A stretch of 64,000 nucleotides of DNA from IMG/VR virus record IMGVR_UViG_3300031418_000001; one strand, written 5' to 3'. Source of the DNA: a virus (lineage: Duplodnaviria; Heunggongvirae; Uroviricota; Caudoviricetes). The position numbers were made by a program, and so were the translations under genes. Each line of letters opens with the position of its first letter. Positions within the stretch are counted from its first letter, which is position 1. Of this stretch, positions 56,928 through 64,000 are shown one piece after another. The notes under the pieces are model-generated. The model made no database searches. It had not been told where the DNA came from and saw only the letters and a program-made list of their open reading frames with translations.

Positions 56928-57172
56928 TCCATCAATATGCAATGGTAGATGCTAAAACTCTGCAAGTTATTGGTAAACACGTCAGTAGCTTACCACCAAG
57001 AAAGATGGCTAACATCCAATACCAGGTTGAAGATATTGATACTAATGAAGTACTATCTGAAGGTACTTGCTTTTTAAGTACTGCTCAAAAGTACTGGAAT
57101 GAAGTTAAAGATCCATTGTACCTGGTTACTGGCGAACAAGAAAGCAAATACGTTCGTACTGATTTAATCTAA
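56924..57172 (+). CDS. hypothetical protein
   Basis: coupled ORF. Confidence 0.7.
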   Translation: MIHQYAMVDAKTLQVIGKHVSSLPPRKMANIQYQVEDIDTNEVLSEGTCFLSTAQKYWNEVKDPLYLVTGEQESKYVRTDLI

Positions 57173-57333
57173 TTCAAAAAGTACTTGACTGTAATGGTTG
57201 AGTACTTTATTATTGTGTTGACCCCAAGGGGCGGGTAGATCTGTCTGTAATATAGAAAAGATTAATAAAAGTACTTGCATTATATTAGCTGGTGGATTAT
57301 AATCATTATATCTTAACAAGGGGGGTATAAAGT

Positions 57334-57603
57334 ATGTCATTAAACAAAAAGAACTTACAAGGCTTTGTAATCATCGGCCTGAACTTTGATACTAACTACG
57401 GCGAGGTACTTGATGCCTGCTGTCAGTTCGAATTCAAAGGCTATGAGATCTCTGTAAGCACTGGTGCGGTACGTCCTTCTATTGGTCAAGGTAAAAATTT
57501 CTTACAACCGGTTTTGGTTACTAATATCAGTACTGGTGAAGAAACTCAAATCAATGGCTCAGTAGAAGCCGCTATTAATTACGTAATCGAAAAAACCAAA
57601 TAA
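57334..57603 (+). CDS. hypothetical protein
   Basis: own promoter and G-rich RBS. Confidence 0.7.
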   Translation: MSLNKKNLQGFVIIGLNFDTNYGEVLDACCQFEFKGYEISVSTGAVRPSIGQGKNFLQPVLVTNISTGEETQINGSVEAAINYVIEKTK

Positions 57604-57678
57604 TTTATTATCAAAAGTACCTTGTAATTTGTTATAGGGTACTTTATAATAAGTTATACAAACAAGGGGAATAAAGAA

Positions 57679-57987
57679 ATGAATGAACATCTGCGTAACC
57701 TGGTGAACTTAATGCGTCAGGTTGAAAATGATAAGTACAATCCAGAAACGTATTTCAGTAATAACATTTCTGGTGAAGCTGGTATGTTAATTTCAAAGAA
57801 TGTGTTAGGTAACTTGTACGCTAAAGGTTATTCTAACATTGCTAATGTGAACTTTGAAATTTTCAAGGATCACAGTACCTGGCAGATTTGGGTATGGGGT
57901 TTCGAATCTGTAAAGTCTGAAAACAACCAGCTTTCAGTACCTTACTATAAGTACGACGATGTAATTGAATTCTTTAAAAACCTGTAA
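57679..57987 (+). CDS. hypothetical protein
   Basis: flanked by identical promoter cassettes. Confidence 0.75.
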   Translation: MNEHLRNLVNLMRQVENDKYNPETYFSNNISGEAGMLISKNVLGNLYAKGYSNIANVNFEIFKDHSTWQIWVWGFESVKSENNQLSVPYYKYDDVIEFFKNL

Positions 57988-58193
57988 TTTATTATCAAAA
58001 GTACCTTGTAATTTGTTATAGGGTACTTTATAATAAGTTCCATAAACAAAGGGGAATTAATCATGTGGCAATTATTATGTGGTTTATTAATCGGGTTTAT
58101 CTGTTTCAAGTTTTGGGGTGCTGTACAACCTGCTATCGTCGATAGCCTTGAATGGGTTGCTAACTTAGTCAGTTCAATCTGAGGATCGAAATT

Positions 58194-58388
58194 ATGCGTA
58201 TTACACCTATTGCACCTGTAGTACATTTGCGTAATGATGCAGGTACTAACAGCGACCAACGGCAGGCACAAAAAGAAGCTGCTGAAAGCGTTGTCGTTGA
58301 GTTGGGTACGCATAAATCACGTACTGGCGTATCCAGACTTACAGCGGATCGTGTACGTGAACATATCAAATGGTTAGAGAGCTTATAA
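58194..58388 (+). CDS. hypothetical protein
   Basis: GAGGA RBS. Confidence 0.65.
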   Translation: MRITPIAPVVHLRNDAGTNSDQRQAQKEAAESVVVELGTHKSRTGVSRLTADRVREHIKWLESL

Positions 58389-58389
58389 A

Positions 58390-58578
58390 ATGAGTGACGT
58401 AATAGTACTGAATGATTATTGTACTGGTGAACCGTTAGAGATTCACAAAGAAGCAATTAAGCACGTCATTACCAGTCGTGTCGGGAATATGGAGTATAGT
58501 ACTCTTATCTGTGACAATGGCTATCGTGCTGGTGTTATGCAAAGTGAGAAATATATTAAAGAACGCCTTGCAAACTAA
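58390..58578 (+). CDS. hypothetical protein
   Basis: ORF in gene run. Confidence 0.65.
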   Translation: MSDVIVLNDYCTGEPLEIHKEAIKHVITSRVGNMEYSTLICDNGYRAGVMQSEKYIKERLAN

Positions 58579-58637
58579 TGATTAGAATGTTAATATATCT
58601 TTACTGAATCGGGGATATATTAACATCAGAGATTATC

Positions 58638-58853
58638 ATGAGAAAGTATAAAATTTACTATCGCTTTACTATTCCTGATAAGTTTTATAGTTCCATGAAA
58701 CTTGAACAGAATGTTGATGCTTTTACATGCGGTGAAGCATGTGATAAACTCCGTACTCAATTACAGTCGGATGAGTTACAGCTTAACATCCTGGAAGTAT
58801 ACGAACAAGTACTGTCAGTACCTGAGAATATAGTACTGCCAGAAGATTTATAA
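58638..58853 (+). CDS. hypothetical protein
   Basis: ORF in gene run. Confidence 0.6.
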   Translation: MRKYKIYYRFTIPDKFYSSMKLEQNVDAFTCGEACDKLRTQLQSDELQLNILEVYEQVLSVPENIVLPEDL

Positions 58854-59064
58854 AGAACAAAGCACGGTGCGTAGCTAACCTTCAATCCCCCTTGACACGG
58901 TTACGCATTCGTGCTACCTTTATATCTGACCCCGAGGGGCGGGAAGAAGTAGGTATAAATGTAAATGATTCTCATTCTCATCTAACAAATTAAGTACTGA
59001 AAAGTACTTGCAATATATCTCTGGATGCGTATAATAGAATCATTGAGTTAAAGGAGTACTGTTT

Positions 59065-59364
59065 ATGTTTGAGTCAACGTTTATGAAGACTGTACGCGAT
59101 ATTCTTAACACTGCTGTTAACGAATGTGCTATCCAGGAATATAAACCTGAATACATTTTACGTCAATTCAATGCGAAATTGAATAATGTGCGTAAACATG
59201 TTGACAGTCAATCACTGAACCGTAACCAGAAAGCAAAGTACTACAAAGTACTTGACAATGCTAAACTTCCTTATATGAATGCTAAACACTATGACCTGAT
59301 GAGTGCTGATTTTCGTAGGAAAATCAGTGAGTTACCCAGCATGATTCAGTTCATAAAAAAATAA
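59065..59364 (+). CDS. hypothetical protein
   Basis: AAGGAG RBS. Confidence 0.7.
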   Translation: MFESTFMKTVRDILNTAVNECAIQEYKPEYILRQFNAKLNNVRKHVDSQSLNRNQKAKYYKVLDNAKLPYMNAKHYDLMSADFRRKISELPSMIQFIKK

Positions 59365-59443
59365 AATAAAGTACTAAATTTGCTTGACGATATATCTGTG
59401 AAGGTGTAGTATTACATTACAGACAATCAAGGGGGATTCAAAA

Positions 59444-59683
59444 ATGTCTAAATTCAAATCTCGTAAGTGGACTGACCAGGCTCAAATCTCTAAACCGTGG
59501 GATGTGGTATTCCTTAACCATCATACCAATTCGCAGCATTACTATCCTGATATGTGTTTCAGTACTCAGGTAGAAGCTGAGAAGGCTGCTGCTGATTTTG
59601 AATCTGCTAAAGCGTATGACGCTGCTAAGCAGTGGCCTATTGATGGCCCAATTTCTGATGAAAATCAGGACGTTGCGGCGTAA
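59444..59683 (+). CDS. hypothetical protein
   Basis: GGGGGAT RBS. Confidence 0.7.
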   Translation: MSKFKSRKWTDQAQISKPWDVVFLNHHTNSQHYYPDMCFSTQVEAEKAAADFESAKAYDAAKQWPIDGPISDENQDVAA

Positions 59684-59775
59684 GTTAAGTACTAAAAAAG
59701 TACTCAGATATATTTGACAGAAGTATCTGAGTACTGTATTATTACCACATCAACCGAACAATGGGGAATTGAAAA

Positions 59776-60645
59776 ATGATGGAAGTTACTCACGTACCAC
59801 GTAATAAACTGGATCTGCGTATCGGCGGTCAACTGCGTACTTATGATCGTGGTATCACGAACGAAGAACTGATGCAAGCCGTGCCGTCTGTTTTCCAGGT
59901 ACAGAGCCATGAATCACGATCTTCCCGCTTCGCACCTATCAGTACTATCAAGGTGATCGAAGAACTGCGTAAGGAAGGTTTTGTTCCATGTTTCGCCATG
60001 CAGTCAAAAGCACGTGACGAAAGTAAAATTGACTTCACTAAACACCAGATCCGTTTGCGTCCTGCGAACTATGATTATCGGAAAGATTGGAATGAAATCA
60101 TTCTGGTAAACGCAAATGACGGTACAAGTTCTTACCAGTTGACAGCGGGCCGGTTCCGTCTGGTATGTTCAAACGGCTTAGTACTTGGCGATGCTGAACG
60201 TTCACAGGTAATCTACCATAAAGGTACTACTATCGAACGTGACGTTATTGAAGGTGCTTTTACTGTAGTAAAAGACTTTGATGAAACTGATCGCCTTCGC
60301 CTGGAAATGGAAAAGATCCTGTTAACTGAAGCAGAACGCAAACAGTTAGCTTTCCTGAGTATGGTAATGTGTACTGGTAATACGGACGAATTTAAATTCG
60401 AACCTACCAAACTTTTAACACCACGCCGCTCAGAAGATACGATCCGCCCTGACTTGTGGAGTACTTTTAACATCATTCAGGAAAACGCCATTAAAGGCGG
60501 CGTGAAGTACTATAACGGTGAAACTGACCGTAATGCAACCTCACGCGAAATTAAAAGTATTGGCAAGAACATGAATATTAACCGTGCTATCTGGAACACT
60601 GCGAAACTGATGGTTGAAGATAAGCAAGCGGTTGTTAGTGCCTAA
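59776..60645 (+). CDS. DUF932 (DUF945) family protein
   Basis: HESRSSRFAPIST...LRKEGF.P...KH..RLR...EIILVNANDGTSSYQL.AG.FRLVCSNGLV. Confidence 0.9.
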   Translation: MMEVTHVPRNKLDLRIGGQLRTYDRGITNEELMQAVPSVFQVQSHESRSSRFAPISTIKVIEELRKEGFVPCFAMQSKARDESKIDFTKHQIRLRPANYDYRKDWNEIILVNANDGTSSYQLTAGRFRLVCSNGLVLGDAERSQVIYHKGTTIERDVIEGAFTVVKDFDETDRLRLEMEKILLTEAERKQLAFLSMVMCTGNTDEFKFEPTKLLTPRRSEDTIRPDLWSTFNIIQENAIKGGVKYYNGETDRNATSREIKSIGKNMNINRAIWNTAKLMVEDKQAVVSA

Positions 60646-60746
60646 CATCCTCGCCCTACACCACGTAGGGCGATTTAATTAAGTACTTAATACATTCCCT
60701 TGGGTACTTAATTAAATCGCTGTAAGACTCATTCAGGGGGTATACA

Positions 60747-61130
60747 ATGACACATGACGAATTAAATGTTATTCACAAAGACTTATTAAGTACCTTAAAA
60801 GACTTTGCAAATAAGCACGGGCTTTCTGATATTAAAACTGGTAATATGAGTTATAACACAAACGGTTTTAGTATTAAAGTTGAAGCGACGTTTGCTGGTG
60901 GCGAGTCTAAAGAAATGCGTAAACTTCGCCACAGTGCAGTACTGTATAATTTTAAGGAAAGCATTTGCAATGCTGAAATTAATTATGCTAAACTGAATGT
61001 GCGTGTTACAGGTATGCGTACTACTAAAGTAATTCTGGAAGATGTTATTACAGGTTCTCAATACCTGGCATCCATTAAGGATCTACAAGAAGTATGCCGC
61101 CGACATTATCCTGAGTTGTTGATAAGCTAA
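60747..61130 (+). CDS. hypothetical protein
   Basis: G-rich RBS. Confidence 0.7.
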   Translation: MTHDELNVIHKDLLSTLKDFANKHGLSDIKTGNMSYNTNGFSIKVEATFAGGESKEMRKLRHSAVLYNFKESICNAEINYAKLNVRVTGMRTTKVILEDVITGSQYLASIKDLQEVCRRHYPELLIS

Positions 61131-61262
61131 CAGCAATTCTATAAATTTTCGAGTACTTGACAAATTAAAGACGGATTGTTGAAATTTTCGAGTACTCTTC
61201 AGTACTTAACCTAATTATCGTGTACCCGCCAGCGTGTACGCGAATATACATAAGGTGCGTGT

Positions 61263-61475
61263 ATGCAGTCAGGTACAAGTGTACGTAGTGTATGTGGGCG
61301 TGTACGTATAGCGTATGATCCTACGTGGTCAGCAATAACCCCGTATATTATCTATCATGAAGGTACTCAAACAGTAAACGCAAAGACATTAGATAAAGCC
61401 GTTGAACTTTGCGAACATAAGTACCGTGTGAAGTTCTGTCAGGATAAGATCGAAAATGCCAAATCAAGCAACTAA
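61263..61475 (+). CDS. hypothetical protein
   Basis: TAAGGT RBS. Confidence 0.6.
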   Translation: MQSGTSVRSVCGRVRIAYDPTWSAITPYIIYHEGTQTVNAKTLDKAVELCEHKYRVKFCQDKIENAKSSN

Positions 61476-61671
61476 GAAGTATTCCGTACTGTTTAAAGAC
61501 AAGAACGGTGAATTTGATATGGTACATGTAAATGCGTCGAATGTTCATAACGCATCTGAAGTTTTCTTTAATGATAACAAACATTCAGATAAAACTATTG
61601 TTGTTATCTCTGAAGGTACTGAATTTAATAACACGTACCGTAATCAAAATGGTAGTTATGAAAAGTTATAA
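61456..61671 (+). CDS. hypothetical protein
   Basis: AGGA RBS. Confidence 0.65.
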   Translation: MPNQATKKYSVLFKDKNGEFDMVHVNASNVHNASEVFFNDNKHSDKTIVVISEGTEFNNTYRNQNGSYEKL

Positions 61672-62044
61672 TTACCAGTAGAAACTAATCCCCTGCGTAC
61701 CAGATAATAGGCACAATAATCCCCCGTCTATTATCTGGTACTTTTTTAGTACCGTAGCGTAGATTCCACGCATCACGATATTATCTCATAAACCACCAGC
61801 GGTTGTCAAGCATCTTTACAAATCTTTTTCTGTTGTAAACACGAATGAGAATGATTCGCATTTACACTTATAGCTACACCCCCGCACCCCTCGGGGCAAT
61901 TAAAGAATAACAAACCAGGTACTTAAAAGCAAGGGAATATATTAAAATAAGTACAAATAAAAGTACTTGCAAAGCCTGGCGAGGTTATGTAATATGTATC
62001 TCAACAGGGGGAATGAGTCTCCCTGGTAAATGGGGATTAAACTT

Positions 62045-62353
62045 ATGGCTCGTAAAACTACTAAAATCTGCTCTCTGATGCTCTCACAGCACGACGATCA
62101 TCGTAATGCGATTCTTTGTAATACTGAAACAACCGACAGGGAAAAGGTTCTGCAATTACGTGCAATCAATTCAATGATTGAATCTTTACTGATGAAATCG
62201 AACTGTTATCAGGGCTTTTCTTTTCCAGATCTGGAAGGTTTACGCAAAGTACAGGCAGAACATGAATCGACGCCAGGCAGTGACTATGAAACTGTAGTAC
62301 TGGATTCAGTACCTGAAAATAACCGTATGTATATTGGTTTACGCGATTGGTAA
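62045..62353 (+). CDS. hypothetical protein
   Basis: GGGGAT RBS before ATG 62045. Confidence 0.7.
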   Translation: MARKTTKICSLMLSQHDDHRNAILCNTETTDREKVLQLRAINSMIESLLMKSNCYQGFSFPDLEGLRKVQAEHESTPGSDYETVVLDSVPENNRMYIGLRDW

Positions 62354-62434
62354 AATAAATTTGACAAGGGGGATAACATCCCCCATAATGTCAGCATACC
62401 CCGAGGGGTGTCGGGAAGCGGTTATAAATGGTAA

Positions 62435-62579
62435 TAGTTCTCATTCGCATTTAGATAGTGAAGTACTGAATCTTTACAAAACTATTTGATAATAGCCCTT
62501 GTAATTAGTACTTAGATCCGTATAATTAATTACATCGAGAGGGGGAAATGATTTCCTCCTGGTATATGGGGATATACAA
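62435..62579 (+). repeat. intergenic regulatory cassette repeated at ~63166-63282 and 63901-64000
   Basis: near-identical direct repeats including Fur-like box, promoter, hairpin and RBS. Confidence 0.85.
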
Positions 62580-62580
62580 A

Positions 62581-63048
62581 ATGAACGCAGTACAGTTTAC
62601 CGCAAAAGTTAAAGAATCTTTTCTGAAGTACTTTCCGAATGGCTTTATCGGTTCCCATAGCTATTCCCTGGGTGATAAAGGAATTTACTTTAAAGCTGGC
62701 TTGATTGGCGACGTTAAAGATTGTTTCCACGGATACCGTGAAAATGATCCATTGCAAATCACTTTCGGGATCTATGATAACATCAAAAATAATTCAGAAA
62801 CCGAGATTGACGGCAAATTGATTGTTGAGTTCCAAGCTGCCGTTTTCTACACCAAACCAGATGAGGGATCTTATCTGGCAATGCAACGCAACAAAGTACC
62901 ATCACGCAAGATTAACAATGTACCGGAGAAAGTACTTGTAACACTGGATAAGTACTTTAAAGAAGCCCGCGACAGTATGAAAGTCCAAATGGATAATAAT
63001 AACATTTACGGACAGGAAAGAATCCCCGAGAAGTACTTAGAATTGTAA
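62581..63048 (+). CDS. hypothetical protein
   Basis: true start MNAVQF after GGGGAT; the track N-terminus is the repeated cassette. Confidence 0.75.
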   Translation: MNAVQFTAKVKESFLKYFPNGFIGSHSYSLGDKGIYFKAGLIGDVKDCFHGYRENDPLQITFGIYDNIKNNSETEIDGKLIVEFQAAVFYTKPDEGSYLAMQRNKVPSRKINNVPEKVLVTLDKYFKEARDSMKVQMDNNNIYGQERIPEKYLEL

Positions 63049-63283
63049 TCTTTACAATTCAGCCCTTGCAATGCAGGGGCTTTTTTTGTATCTTATAAGT
63101 GACCCCGAGGGGCGGGGAGAAGCAGTTATATACTTAGCACGCTAATAGTTTCATAATGAACATAAGTACTGAATCTTTACAAAACTATTTGCTCAAATCG
63201 CTTGCAATACATATTCAGATCCGTATAATTAATTACATCGAGAGGGGGAAATGATTTCCTCCTGGTATATGGGGATATACAAG

Positions 63284-63754
63284 ATGAATAAATTCAAAGC
63301 AATGTCAAAAGTACTTTCTTCTGAAATTATGAAACGTGATCCATACAACAATGAATGGAAATTCGTTTTCAAAGGGTTCGTGTTCGCTGTTATCAGTAAA
63401 AACGCTGGCAAGTACTTCCCCCACTACTCCGGTAGGAAAGGATCATTAAAAGTATGCAATAACTTTATGCAAGCCGTTGCCGAGATCCTGGAGTACTTCA
63501 TTGAGATCCATAATGCCAACATGGTAGCTGGTGGCGAAATGGTATTCAGTACCGACAAAGTACAAGCATTCATCGGCTCAGATTGCGAACTGTATATTAA
63601 ACCAGTACAGGGAACATTGTTACCAGTTACCACCAGGACAACCCTGGAACACTTACAGAAGTACTGCAAGGAGTTAGGCGGTACTGATACATTAAAAGAT
63701 CTCGCGGAAAGTATTAATTCAAATTACAATGATCACGCGATGAACTTAACCTAA
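63284..63754 (+). CDS. hypothetical protein
   Basis: true start MNKFK after GGGGAT. Confidence 0.75.
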   Translation: MNKFKAMSKVLSSEIMKRDPYNNEWKFVFKGFVFAVISKNAGKYFPHYSGRKGSLKVCNNFMQAVAEILEYFIEIHNANMVAGGEMVFSTDKVQAFIGSDCELYIKPVQGTLLPVTTRTTLEHLQKYCKELGGTDTLKDLAESINSNYNDHAMNLT

Positions 63755-64000
63755 CATCCCCGATAGTTAGCGTCCAGGGAAGGACGCAACCTATCACCTA
63801 ATCTTTACAAAACTATTTTGTACTTGCCCTTGCATATGCGAGGGCTTTTTGTTATCTTAACAGTGTCCCCAAGGGGCGGGGAAATGTAGTTATAGATAGG
63901 AATAGTTCTCATTCGCATTTAGATAATGAAGTACTGAATCTTTACAAAACTATTTGATAATAGCCCTTGTAATTAGTACTTAGATCCGTATAATTAATTA

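Larger units (their letters stand above)
40974..63921. repeat. dispersed CCCCRAGGGG-N20-Fur-box-like module, 16 copies
   Basis: (-) 40974-41030, 41102-41158, 43137-43193, 45315-45371, 49857-49913, ~52570-52608, 61842-61897; (+) 47509-47565, 48280-48336, 51776-51832, 53366-53422, 57220-~57250, 58928-58984, 62397-62453, 63101-~63160, 63865-63921. Confidence 0.9.

Noticed and set aside
62548-63283. Shared N-terminus MISSWYMGIYK of two ORFs as a protein motif
   Set aside because: It is a translation of the repeated promoter/RBS cassette. The true starts follow GGGGAT.
40974-63921. CRISPR array interpretation of the constant-20 nt-constant modules
   Set aside because: The copies are dispersed and in both orientations, the 20-mers are semi-conserved, and no cas genes are present.
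1-64000. Prophage or bacterial chromosome origin
   Set aside because: There is no integrase and no host housekeeping operon. Gene density, the tRNA cluster and promoter cassettes fit a lytic jumbo phage.

Overview
This is an AT-rich segment (roughly one-third GC by eye) of a lytic jumbo phage, probably an enterobacterial RaK2/GAP32/CBB/121Q/PBECO4-like myovirus. That identification is inferred from gene content, not from a search. The window has three zones. (1) 1-28.9 kb, + strand: a dispersed cluster of 17 tRNA genes among many small hypothetical genes. It also holds two HNH endonucleases, an ATP-grasp protein, a ClpP-like protease, a sigma70-family factor and an AAA ATPase. (2) 28.9-39.7 kb, - strand: an array of about 11 paralogues sharing an MLPFP-type leader fused to RCC1-like, Kelch, LCCL-like or Gly-rich domains. 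(3) 40.7-64 kb: an early-type region in which most small genes have their own sigma70 promoter and a GGGGAT ribosome-binding site. Several signals are not explained by the ORF track. (a) Seven non-coding elements share a closing helix plus CAGCAA and carry tRNA parts, either isolated anticodon stem-loops or circularly permuted tRNA bodies, including a complete permuted tRNA-Pro. (b) A minimal 219-nt tmRNA encodes the tag ESLNVSEAPIAA. (c) Sixteen dispersed modules consist of a promoter, CCCCRAGGGG, a 20-bp spacer and a Fur-box-like site (Fur half absent or degenerate in three). (d) Several further tRNA-ended or multi-stem RNAs occur. (e) About 20 divergent proteins share a C-terminal motif. 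(f) Two proteins resemble H-NS. (g) GTAC/AGTACT is strongly over-represented. All calls were made by eye and coordinates may be off by a few nt.
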